IMG/VR virus record: IMGVR_UViG_3300029821_000084
Coordinates: 1 to 48,729 of that record
Length of the DNA: 48,729 nt
Origin: a virus
Lineage: Duplodnaviria > Caudoviricetes
Reading direction: 5' to 3' (one strand)
Below, piece by piece: positions 38,801 through 46,706 of the stretch. The notes below the pieces were generated by a model that was not told where the DNA came from, ran no database searches, and saw only the letters and a list, made by a program, of their open reading frames with translations. Position numbers and translations under genes: made by a program. Within the stretch, counting starts at the first letter, position 1; the number at the start of each line of letters is the position of its first letter.

Positions 38801-39008
38801 TAAGAACAGTAGATACAATCTGCTCGATTTCATCATTTTGAATTGATTCATTTCGATATTTATTAAACAAGTAATTCTTAAAATCATCAACAAGTAAAAC
38901 TTCTGAGATATCTTTGTGAATATTCGAGCCATGATTATATTGATATCCTTTTTCTATTAATCTATCAATAAAACCTATCTCGATTGAAGATTCATTAAAC
39001 AGACTCAT
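35847..39008 (-). CDS. hsdR: Type I restriction enzyme subunit R
   Basis: PDLILYINGLPLVVFEFK, ATGSGKS, DEAH, GFTGTP, MWLTGFD and QTISRVNR. Confidence 0.97.
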   Translation of the reverse strand: MSLFNESSIEIGFIDRLIEKGYQYNHGSNIHKDISEVLLVDDFKNYLFNKYRNESIQNDEIEQIVSTVLNIKRKSLYEGNKELFKYVIDGFLLKRKNNQNKDIWITLLDFENISNNEFKLVNQIEIKGNEKRIPDLILYINGLPLVVFEFKSAVRENATIFDAYKQLTVRYKRDIPDLFKYNAFLVISDGVSTKYGSLFAPYDYFYAWRRVNDESGDKDGIDTFNTLIDGLFEKERLLDVIKNFIYFPDESTTDLKVVCRYPQFFAAKKLHDSILQNIKPQGSGKGGTYFGATGSGKSYTMLFLTRLLMRDKKLNSPTILLITDRNDLDKQLSEQFVESKKFIGDKEVIKITDREHLKEKLCSRNSGGVYLTTIQKFTENTDLLSDRTNIICISDEAHRTQTNVNQKIIINDVGVHKRYGFAKYLHDSLPNATYVGFTGTPVDSTLDVFGKIVDSYTMKESVEDGITVNIVYEGRAAKVILDQNKAKEIEEYYEKCANEGTNEYQIEESQKAVSKLDVIIGDEQRLDAVANDLIEHYERRVFEKSTVNGKAMIVCMTREIAFNLYKRIIDKRPEWAINKKAPDGVELTESENRQLTELPFINLVITRAKDDEEQLYEIAGNKQYRTELDRQFKNEKSNFKIAIVVDMWLTGFDVPSLDTMYIDKPLQEHTLIQTISRVNRVYPGKEKGLIVDYFGFKSHMNLALKKFNRADSEVFEGIDEAIKIVKDELDILRRVFKNFDDAMFFTGSPVQKLNCLKHASEYVQLTDDLEKRFMASVKRMKSAYDLCSSSENISKLERDKIYFYGAVRSIIFKLTKGDAPDTAQMNDYVRKMIQEAILSEGVEEVFTRSKIVGSRSVDIFSDEYLERINKIPLKNTKIKVLTKLLKDAIEAYKKVNRIKGIQFSEKLQKMIDSYNNRHGDKVYAEEILDNVAEELTKLLKELEADKESFKDLGIDFEEKAFFDILVEIAKQHDFYEDYIKQHGEQKLIELSKEMKKIVDDKSRYTDWAKKEDIKADLKVSIILTMADYGYPPVVQDEVFKEIFLQAENFKKYQ

Positions 39009-40083
39009 AATTTCCCCCTAGTAAATTAAAATTAATATAGTTCGAATAATTCACGGTTAGAGATAGTTGAATTGCTTCATTGTATAGCATTTTATTCCAA
39101 ATCGGCTTTAAGTATCTATCTATTGCACTGATTATGGTATCATCTGATGGCAAATCCACTAGTAATCTTTCTATATTTTGAATTGTAATCTGAGGCTGAG
39201 CTGATCCAGTGACTGATTTCTTCAGATCTGTGTAATCTAACAACCCCTTAAGAAAGAACTGATTTCCTTTGCTACTTTTAAATTTAAATACTAAAGAGTT
39301 ACTCGTTATAAATGATTTTCGATGTGTAATGTAATTATTGCCTGATTTTTCCCCTCGGCAAGATACAATATTAACGGATTCTTCATATAAATATTTTGAA
39401 TATTTGCCAATTATCCCATTTCCTCCATAAACATAATACCCATCACTCTTTAGTTTGGAAACAGGTAATCCTTTGCCATATACAATATCTACAAAATCGG
39501 AAAAGGTTTTTTGTTCTTTTGCTATATTCGAGTAAGCAAAACTAAATATTAGATTAGATAGCTTTGAGAGTAACTCGTTTTGACTCTTATACTTAATAAT
39601 CATTTTTTCATAAATAGTAATTTTTCTAACAATATCCATTTGAATTTTTAAATCAGGAATCGGTAGAATAACGTTACACATCTTCTCCCAATCAAATATC
39701 TCCCTAACACTCCCATGAGACATGAATCTAGCATATCTGTCAAACTCGGGTCTTTTAAACCATAAAATTAAGTATTCTGGAAGCAGTAAGTTTTGATCTA
39801 TAATCTCAAAAACAGTGTAAGCTTGAGAAACAAGCGCTTTTTCTCTATCTAGCAAGAGTGCTATGCCCATTTTATCTCCTCTTCTAGATGTATCAGGGAT
39901 ATAGCAAAATTGACCGTGCATAATTACTTTATACTTTTTCCAGTCTGTTCCATTGGTGTTTGCAACAGAAGGAATAAACTCTTTTGTTACAGAAACACCA
40001 AGTAAGTTTTCCTGTATATTTTCTTTATTACGTATATTGACTTCTTTAATGTAGTCTCCTAATCTTTTATAATTCAATCTCAT
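38995..40083 (-). CDS. hsdS: Type I specificity subunit S
   Basis: Two TRDs (GSVRE...ILPIPD..Q; TGSAQPQI) between hsdM and hsdR. Confidence 0.9.
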   Translation of the reverse strand: MRLNYKRLGDYIKEVNIRNKENIQENLLGVSVTKEFIPSVANTNGTDWKKYKVIMHGQFCYIPDTSRRGDKMGIALLLDREKALVSQAYTVFEIIDQNLLLPEYLILWFKRPEFDRYARFMSHGSVREIFDWEKMCNVILPIPDLKIQMDIVRKITIYEKMIIKYKSQNELLSKLSNLIFSFAYSNIAKEQKTFSDFVDIVYGKGLPVSKLKSDGYYVYGGNGIIGKYSKYLYEESVNIVSCRGEKSGNNYITHRKSFITSNSLVFKFKSSKGNQFFLKGLLDYTDLKKSVTGSAQPQITIQNIERLLVDLPSDDTIISAIDRYLKPIWNKMLYNEAIQLSLTVNYSNYINFNLLGGNYESV

Positions 40084-41635
40084 AACCTAGTTCCTTCAAA
40101 ACATCTAATAATTCTTCTTTTGACTGTTCTTCTTCCATCATTAAATCTCTTAAGTCGAGAGTTAGTTTTTCCATTAATTTATGGTAGTTTATATTTTCAT
40201 CATTATTAATAAACTCAATATATTCATTAGGTGCAAGTGAAAAGTTTTTATTAACAATTTCTTCTGTTGTCGCAGAATAACAAAATTCAGGTATATTGTT
40301 GTAATGTTTGAAACCATCTTTACTTTGCCAGTTATGATATATTGTTGAAATTTCCTTTAAATTTTTAGGACTAAATTCAATATATTTTTTTTCAAAAGGA
40401 ACACCTGTTTGTCTTAAATCTACAAAGAGAACCTCATTCTTACGATCTCTCAATACTATTTTTTCTTTATCTACTTCAATAGTTCGTTCATTCTTATTAT
40501 TCGATATAATCCATAATGAAACACCTATATCAGTTGTGTAAAAAAGGTTTCTTGGTAAATAGAAAACTGCGTCAACTAGATTATTTTCTATGAGTTTCTT
40601 ACGTATTTCTAATTCTGATCCACCACCGCTAAGTGATCCGTTGGCTAATAAGAATGCCGCAACACCGTTTGAACTCAATTTAGATACCATGGTGAGAATC
40701 CAACCATAATTTGCATTACCGGTCGGTGGAACATCATATCCTAACCACCTATCATCATCGGTTAGTTCATTTTCCTTTCTCCATTTACTTTGATTGAAAG
40801 GCGGATTAGCAAGAATATAATCAGCCTTTAAATCTTTGTGTTGGTCTTGAGAGAATGTGTTGGCAGGCTTCTCACCTAGATTAGCTAATATTCCTCTAAT
40901 AGCAAGGTTCATCTTAGCTAGTTTATAAGTGGTTGAACTCATCTCTTGACCATAAATTGATACATCCTTTGTGTTACCGTGATGAGCCTCAACAAATTTC
41001 ATTGATTGAACAAACATACCTCCTGAACCACAGGCTGGATCATATATTTTACCTTTATATGGTTGTATCAATTCGGTCATCAATGTAACTACAGTCTTAG
41101 GCGTATAAAACTCACCTTTACCTTTACCTTCTTTTAATGCGAATTTCTTTAAAAAATATTCATAAACTCTTCCTATAATATCTTCATTTGAATCCTTTAT
41201 AGTATCTAAATTATTAACAATATCAATCAAAGATGATAGATTATTCACTTCTAAACTAAGTCTAGAATAATAGTTATCCGGTAGTGCTCCTTTTAATGAG
41301 TCATTGTTTTCTTCTAGCTTAGATAATGCTGTGTCTACAATTAAAGAAATATTAGGTTGTTTTGAATTTTCAACTATATAGTCCCATCTAGACTCTTTAG
41401 GGACATAAAACACACGTTCACGCGTATAAAATGGCACCATGTCTATGTATTGTGCTCTTCCTTCTAAAACAAGTTTTTCCTTAACAACATTAAATTTATC
41501 ATTTGCAAATTTTAGAAATATTAACGAAAGTACAACATGTTTATATTCTGAGCTCTCTACAGTGCCCCTTAAATTGTTTGCTGCTTCCCAAAGTAATTCT
41601 TCAAATCCTTTATTATTTTTGATATTTTTAGCCAT
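40067..41635 (-). CDS. hsdM: Type I methyltransferase subunit M
   Basis: LWEAANNLRG, GEFYTP, YDPACGSGGMF and ANPPFN. Confidence 0.97.
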   Translation of the reverse strand: MAKNIKNNKGFEELLWEAANNLRGTVESSEYKHVVLSLIFLKFANDKFNVVKEKLVLEGRAQYIDMVPFYTRERVFYVPKESRWDYIVENSKQPNISLIVDTALSKLEENNDSLKGALPDNYYSRLSLEVNNLSSLIDIVNNLDTIKDSNEDIIGRVYEYFLKKFALKEGKGKGEFYTPKTVVTLMTELIQPYKGKIYDPACGSGGMFVQSMKFVEAHHGNTKDVSIYGQEMSSTTYKLAKMNLAIRGILANLGEKPANTFSQDQHKDLKADYILANPPFNQSKWRKENELTDDDRWLGYDVPPTGNANYGWILTMVSKLSSNGVAAFLLANGSLSGGGSELEIRKKLIENNLVDAVFYLPRNLFYTTDIGVSLWIISNNKNERTIEVDKEKIVLRDRKNEVLFVDLRQTGVPFEKKYIEFSPKNLKEISTIYHNWQSKDGFKHYNNIPEFCYSATTEEIVNKNFSLAPNEYIEFINNDENINYHKLMEKLTLDLRDLMMEEEQSKEELLDVLKELGYEIEL

Positions 41636-41731
41636 TTTATCGCCCCATTCATTACAAAGTCTTATTTTAATTATTATACACTATTTATATACAAAAAACG
41701 ACATCTTGTTGCAATTAAAGGCTATCTAGTG

Positions 41732-42211
41732 TCAGTTTTGAGAAAACTCTTTATTATCATAAACTAGCCACAATCTAATGATTTCTTCCTTTTTTTGGTT
41801 GTACGAACCTCTTTTTAACCCTAAATCTTTAAGAATTACTAGAACATTGCTTCTTTCAACAAATGCTGTAATGATAATCTTAAGTTCATCTTTAAGTGAG
41901 TTTTTGAAATTTTCATACTTCCTTAGTACTTCATTGTTTATTTCTATTTCATCTTCAACCTGATTAATCTTATCAATCCAGTAAAGAAGGTTCTCATCAC
42001 CATTTTTATTTGAAGATCCTGATCCAATCTGATCGTATGAGATTCCATGGTAACCTATGAGTTTAACTTTGTAATATTCAAGCTTTTCTTGAAGTTCAGG
42101 TAGTTTTCTTTTAGATCGTCTAACTTTATCTATCCATTTATAAAACGAGTCGTTTAAACCAGTCTTCGATTGATTCATGACTATGCTCCCTTCTTCTTTG
42201 GAACATCTCAA
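41732..42211 (-). CDS. ArpU/RinA-like late transcriptional regulator (start probably MNQSK, 42178)
   Basis: Helical N-terminus, ISYD.IGSGS linker, C-terminal HTH-like segment; last gene of the early operon. Confidence 0.6.
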   Translation of the reverse strand: MRCSKEEGSIVMNQSKTGLNDSFYKWIDKVRRSKRKLPELQEKLEYYKVKLIGYHGISYDQIGSGSSNKNGDENLLYWIDKINQVEDEIEINNEVLRKYENFKNSLKDELKIIITAFVERSNVLVILKDLGLKRGSYNQKKEEIIRLWLVYDNKEFSQN

Positions 42212-43061
42212 GATTATTCATTAAAGACTTACGCATGAAGCTAAATTTATCTTCGATAGGTGTTTCAGTTCTTTTTGAATAACTTACTATATAGTCTACT
42301 GCAGCTAAGACATCATCAAATCCATAAATAGATACTGCTTCATCAAAAAGCTTATTGTATTTTCCAATTTCTAATGTTCCATCCTCAATATATTGGCTTC
42401 TAATTATTGCTTTTGTGATGTAGTGATAATTAGGTAATGAATATACCCCTTTATCCTTTTTATCCTCTTTATCTCTTTCTTTTTTCTTTTCTTTTTCTTT
42501 TTGTGTACTTTTGTATGCAATAACCTCAGTTGAAGTGTCATTATTGCTATCAATAACATCACTTGAAGTATCATTACTGTTATCAATAACTACGGTTGAA
42601 CTCGGGTTATTGTCCACATTAACTTGTGGTGTCTTTTTGTAGAAATTATTAAGCTCTAGCATCGTATGTTGATCCAATAACCAGTACTTCTGATGCTCAA
42701 TCCCACGTCTACGCCTTGTAGAAAGCGTAAACTGCCGCTGTATCGCTTTTGAAGTGAACACACCTACACTAAGTAGTTCTTTATCAAATAGCCCGTTAGA
42801 ACCGGCTCTTAAAATAATTTTTTCTATTTCATTCACACTTGGAGCCCAGGCATTACCAATACTCTTTATGAGTGCTTTTGCTGCTTGCTCCGTTGTCATT
42901 TCTAAATAATAACCATGCGCATAAATCATGGTTAAAAGGCGGATGTATACCATCTCGCCCATCACACCATACATTAAATTTAAATCCGTTATCTTTTCAT
43001 CTTCAAAAAAATTCACATCAAGTGGGAAGTATTGCAGTCCCATTTTGAACGGTCTCGCCAT
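42138..43061 (-). CDS. Phage replication initiator (DUF4373/Lin1244-like)
   Basis: MARP.K.GL.YFPLDV.FFED.KI, GLFD and TSKAIQR; internal repeats and a KE-rich linker. Confidence 0.85.
   Translation of the reverse strand: MARPFKMGLQYFPLDVNFFEDEKITDLNLMYGVMGEMVYIRLLTMIYAHGYYLEMTTEQAAKALIKSIGNAWAPSVNEIEKIILRAGSNGLFDKELLSVGVFTSKAIQRQFTLSTRRRRGIEHQKYWLLDQHTMLELNNFYKKTPQVNVDNNPSSTVVIDNSNDTSSDVIDSNNDTSTEVIAYKSTQKEKEKKKERDKEDKKDKGVYSLPNYHYITKAIIRSQYIEDGTLEIGKYNKLFDEAVSIYGFDDVLAAVDYIVSYSKRTETPIEDKFSFMRKSLMNNLEMFQRRREHSHESIEDWFKRLVL
42519..42614. repeat. Three ~33-bp tandem repeats (probable iterons/ori)
   Basis: aataacctcagttgaagtgtcattattgctatc / aataacatcacttgaagtatcattactgttatc / aataactacggttgaactcgggttattgtc, next to a T-rich tract at about 42447-42502. 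Confidence 0.75.
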
Positions 43062-43083
43062 TATTTTAGTCCTTTCACATCAC

Positions 43084-43124
43084 AAAAAGCATGCCATTTT
43101 TAGGTTTCTATATATAGCATGCTT
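43084..43124 (-). terminator. Terminator-like hairpin in front of the replication gene
   Basis: AAGCAUGCUAU...AUGGCAUGCUU followed by Us; long (16-nt) loop. Confidence 0.55.
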
Positions 43125-43154
43125 CTGTAAGTCATTATCTTTTGTTTCCTGCAT

Positions 43155-43199
43155 TTTCCATTTTCATAGCCCTGATACACACATTATCGGCGTAATAAA
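43155..43199 (-). repeat. 45-bp dispersed motif, copy 2
   Basis: tttccattttcatagccctgatacacacattatcggcgtaataaa is 40/45 identical to 34778-34822. Confidence 0.9.
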
Positions 43200-43202
43200 T
43201 CA

Positions 43203-43415
43203 TTATTTATTTTTGCTTGTTTTATGAAGCTCATCAATAAACTTTACGAGATTTTCTTTCGATACTCTCCACCCTGGTCCTATCTTAAATGCGTGTAGTT
43301 TTCCTTTTTTGATATAGGTTGATAACGTTCTTCTTGATACTCTTAATATGTCTGCTACTTCTTCTAGTTTGTAATAATCTCGTGTTGGTTCTTGACGCTT
43401 AGTTTCGTTTATCAT
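43203..43415 (-). CDS. Excisionase-like HTH_17 protein
   Basis: YKLEEVADILRVSRRTL...GKLHAFKIGPGWRV. Confidence 0.85.
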   Translation of the reverse strand: MINETKRQEPTRDYYKLEEVADILRVSRRTLSTYIKKGKLHAFKIGPGWRVSKENLVKFIDELHKTSKNK

Positions 43416-44145
43416 CTTTTGCTCCTTGATATTCTTTTAGTATGCGTTCAATAAATGTAATACCACTTCGGTATACATAGGTTCTTTGTGAGGTTACAGT
43501 ACTCCCACCACTTACAACTTTAGCTTCAACAACTCTAAAATACTTCTTGTCACAATACTCCTGGTGTGGAACATTGGAATCATCTAGGATGCGTTTAGCT
43601 CTAAGTATTTTTAAGAGTTCAGTACTTTTTAGTCCATGGTACCTAATAACTTCATGAACCATATCTAAGTCTGTTGTACTACCAGTACCTAGTAGACGAT
43701 CAATATATTTAATTTTTGGTGCATTGAGTTTGAGTTGTGTTTCAACAACACTATGCCTAACCCTTAAATCCTCAAACTCTTCTAAAAATTTTAATGCGAC
43801 ATCTGGATCCTTAAATTCATCGACATTGTATTTTTGGTATTTAATCAAATTTGGTAAAACAGTACGATATAACCAATCACTGATTGCTTCAGCTTCAGTT
43901 TTGGTTGATTGAAACATACAACTACTTAAATAGTCAGCGATTATGAAATACTTATTCTTAGATGCTCCGTTTAAGTCTTTTACCTCAAGGGTTTTAACTG
44001 CATTTGATGGAATTCTAGAGCGAAAATCGTTGATATTTTTTATACCGTAAATATGGGTTAAATCTTTTAAGTTAAAACAGGGTTGATCATCAATGATCGC
44101 TGTTCGAACTTTCCCATACCGGTTGTTGTGAAATTCTTTGATCAT
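43399..44145 (-). CDS. Antirepressor (BRO-N plus KilA-C/ANT)
   Basis: FHNNRYGKVRT, WLYRTVLP, PKIKY.D, PHQEY..KKYF and GITFI. Confidence 0.85.
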   Translation of the reverse strand: MIKEFHNNRYGKVRTAIIDDQPCFNLKDLTHIYGIKNINDFRSRIPSNAVKTLEVKDLNGASKNKYFIIADYLSSCMFQSTKTEAEAISDWLYRTVLPNLIKYQKYNVDEFKDPDVALKFLEEFEDLRVRHSVVETQLKLNAPKIKYIDRLLGTGSTTDLDMVHEVIRYHGLKSTELLKILRAKRILDDSNVPHQEYCDKKYFRVVEAKVVSGGSTVTSQRTYVYRSGITFIERILKEYQGAKDDKRN

Positions 44146-44174
44146 AACTTATCCTTTCATTTCTTTTTCAATTT

Positions 44175-45122
44175 TTAGTTGTCTTCATCTTCTTCTTGAT
44201 TGAGCAGCTTTTGTGCAATAACATGTTCATAAACATGCTGACTTTTGATTTCCGCATGCATATAAATCTCTGTTGTTGCTGGATCTGAATGACGCATAAT
44301 CTTTTGAGTGTCATCCTTGTTTGCTCCATATTGTCTTGCTAATGTTGCAGTTGTATGTCTTAAGCTATGTGCTGTATGTTTATCATCATCAAATCCGATA
44401 TCTCTGAGTAGATCCTTGATAATACGTCTAATGTTTCTGGTTTTCATTCTTTGGCCTAAATACTTAGGTTTATGGTCAATAAATAACGGTTCATACTGGT
44501 CGCTTCTTTTCATGATGTATGTTTCAATTGCTTTATTCACTAAAGGCGAGAGTCGAACGAATGAACTCTTCGATGTTTTGCCTTTTCCATGAACATAGAG
44601 TATTTCACCATCATCAATCACATTTAAATCACTAACATCTGCACGTTCGACTTCAACAGTTCGCATCCCAGTTGTTAGCATAAGTAAAACCATAACATAA
44701 TCTCTGTATTTAATGATGTTTTTATCTGAATTGATTTGAGCAAGTTTTAATAACTGTCTGGATTCACTTTCAGATAAATGCGCACGTTTAAACTTCTTTT
44801 CAATTTTTGGACTTTTAATCCCTTCCGATGGATTTGCTCCATGACCGTTCGTGTGATACCAACGATAGAAATTTCGTACCACTACCAGGTGATACTTAAT
44901 GGTTGTCTCTTCTAGCTTGCGTTTAAAAAGATAGTCTCGATAAGCCATAACGTCACTGCGAGTTGGTAAATCAGACAGTGTGTTGGCGTAATCTACAAAT
45001 TGCTGAAGGATCCTTTCATAGGATTGCTTAGTCGTCATACTTACATCGGCATCATCTAGATACTTTTTTGTAAGTAGCTTAAACCCTTCTTTTGATGACA
45101 TCTTTTCACCTTTCTGTATCAA
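44175..45122 (-). CDS. Tyrosine recombinase (XerC/D-like)
   Basis: TGMRTVE, GKGK, HSLRHT, MRHSDPATTEIY; the catalytic R-K-H-R-H-Y set is intact. Confidence 0.93.
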   Translation of the reverse strand: MIQKGEKMSSKEGFKLLTKKYLDDADVSMTTKQSYERILQQFVDYANTLSDLPTRSDVMAYRDYLFKRKLEETTIKYHLVVVRNFYRWYHTNGHGANPSEGIKSPKIEKKFKRAHLSESESRQLLKLAQINSDKNIIKYRDYVMVLLMLTTGMRTVEVERADVSDLNVIDDGEILYVHGKGKTSKSSFVRLSPLVNKAIETYIMKRSDQYEPLFIDHKPKYLGQRMKTRNIRRIIKDLLRDIGFDDDKHTAHSLRHTTATLARQYGANKDDTQKIMRHSDPATTEIYMHAEIKSQHVYEHVIAQKLLNQEEDEDN

Positions 45123-45169
45123 ATTTATGATTCTAAGTTTTTTGAAAAATAAGATAAATGGCGATTATG

Positions 45170-45481
45170 TTACCATCTAATCTTTTTGTATTTCTTAATG
45201 CCGTTTAGTTCTTCATATGAACTTAAATACGAGGCTTCTGCTTTTAGAAACTCTAGTGGTTCCACATGAAGCAATATAATCAGTTTAATAACCAATTCAA
45301 TAGGTAGCCTTTTTCCTCTTTGTCCCCCTTCAATTTGCCTGTAATAAACTGCAGAAACATCAAGTTCCCTGGACAGGTACTCAGCTGAATAACCCATTTT
45401 GTTGCGATAAACTTTAAGATATTCACGGACTAATGGCACATGTGATTTCTGTTTTAAGTGCATGGAATCCCCTTCATACAT
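45170..45481 (-). CDS. Xre/Cro-like HTH regulator
   Basis: LKVYRNKMGYSAEYLSRELDVSAVYYRQIEGG; divergent from the repressor. Confidence 0.8.
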   Translation of the reverse strand: MYEGDSMHLKQKSHVPLVREYLKVYRNKMGYSAEYLSRELDVSAVYYRQIEGGQRGKRLPIELVIKLIILLHVEPLEFLKAEASYLSSYEELNGIKKYKKIRW

Positions 45482-45659
45482 TCGTTAATGATTCCTCCTT
45501 TCTTGCACATTTCACCTGGTGCCTATGATTATAAGTAAAGAAAAGCATTCAAAAAATGACTTATCTACTTATTTGATGAGTTGCAACAAAGAGAGTTATA
45601 ACTTTCCTATGTTTGCATATTAAAGACGCATGCCGTGTTAATTATTGTATACAAAAATC

Positions 45660-45689
45660 TTGACCAAGCCACATTTGTTGCTCTATAAT
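45660..45689 (+). promoter_or_regulatory. Repressor promoter
   Basis: TTGACC-18 bp-TATAAT upstream of 45718. Confidence 0.65.
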
Positions 45690-45717
45690 ATAAATAGAAA
45701 GGTTAAACAGGTGAATA

Positions 45718-46317
45718 ATGAACTATCAACTATTATCTGATGATGATTTTAATAATCTTTTCATTAGTGAAAACTTAAAAAGACTAAGACTTGCGAATAA
45801 TTTATCTACTGTTCAAGTTGCACAAATAATAGGTAAATCTAGACAAGGTTATGTTAACTATGAGTCAGGTGCTAGAGAAATTAGTATTCATGATCTAATA
45901 ACTCTGTCAGGTTTTTATAATGTCCGAGTAGATGACATTATTGGTAATCCCTATTCAAACAGAAATGAAAAGGCTCTAACATTTAGAACCTTTGAACATA
46001 TAGAAGGAAAAATTGTACCATCAGTGCAAATCTCTGTATCAACCATAAATGATGATATGATCGCATATAAGAAAAGCGATCTTGAAATCGACTTCTTTTG
46101 GAGAACTCAAAAGAATCAAAAGAATCGTGTAATGTTATTTGAGTACTACGATCGAGTTTATGTCTCAAAAGTATATTTTAACAAAGACCATGGGGGTTTC
46201 TTTTTCATCAATGAGGAGCCTCTATACTTTACAAAAGCTAATGCTGAAAATCTAATCTTTAAAGGTGTATATGCTTCAACACTTAAAAAAGATTTAGTCA
46301 TTGAAAACTTCTTCTAA
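45718..46317 (+). CDS. CI-like repressor (Xre HTH plus C-terminal domain)
   Basis: NLKRLRLANNLSTVQVAQIIGKSRQGYVNYESGARE. Confidence 0.85.
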   Translation: MNYQLLSDDDFNNLFISENLKRLRLANNLSTVQVAQIIGKSRQGYVNYESGAREISIHDLITLSGFYNVRVDDIIGNPYSNRNEKALTFRTFEHIEGKIVPSVQISVSTINDDMIAYKKSDLEIDFFWRTQKNQKNRVMLFEYYDRVYVSKVYFNKDHGGFFFINEEPLYFTKANAENLIFKGVYASTLKKDLVIENFF

Positions 46318-46422
46318 CGATTATGCACTAAGCATATAGTATTGATTTTTCAAATGTGATAAACTGATGTTGGTAAATCAGACGGTTGTTGTCATATGAT
46401 CAAATTGACGATAGATCCTTTT

Positions 46423-46451
46423 AAAGGAATTGCTTAGGCGATTCCTTTTTT
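46423..46451 (+). terminator. Intrinsic terminator after the repressor
   Basis: GGAAUUGC-UUAG-GCGAUUCC-UUUUUU. Confidence 0.8.
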
Positions 46452-46473
46452 CTTTGCATCTATATCAATAAAA

Positions 46474-46638
46474 ATGAGTATAATTATTAGTTCAGAAATG
46501 AAGTTCAATATAGCTAAGTCAATCATAGTGAAGCTATTTAATCAAAAACTTATCACAATCGATGAATTCAGTATTATCATCAATAAGTTAGCGTCAGCCT
46601 ATGGTATTACAAGTGATATTAGAAAAAGCAATGATTAA
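46474..46638 (+). CDS. Small SHOCT-like protein (54 aa, not in the ORF track)
   Basis: MSIIISSEMKFNIAKSIIVKLFNQKLITIDEFSIIINKL...; has the LIT.DEF motif and sits directly upstream of a serine recombinase. Confidence 0.6.
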   Translation: MSIIISSEMKFNIAKSIIVKLFNQKLITIDEFSIIINKLASAYGITSDIRKSND

Positions 46639-46646
46639 GTCACTAA

Positions 46647-46681
46647 TGACTTGCTATTCATTGCTTTTTGAGTGATGTATA
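46647..46681 (+). promoter_or_regulatory. 35-bp upstream motif, copy 2 (integrase)
   Basis: tgacttgctattcattgctttttgagtgatgtata is 30/35 identical to 32775-32809. Confidence 0.7.
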
Positions 46682-46706
46682 TACTAACGAAAGGAGCGGT
46701 CAAAAT

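Noticed and set aside
42519-42614. CRISPR-like array
   Set aside because: The repeats are contiguous, in frame within the replication gene, lack spacers, and no cas genes are present.
34778-45122. Integron with attC cassettes
   Set aside because: Only two repeat copies, no attC R-box structure, and the enclosed DNA includes core replication genes.
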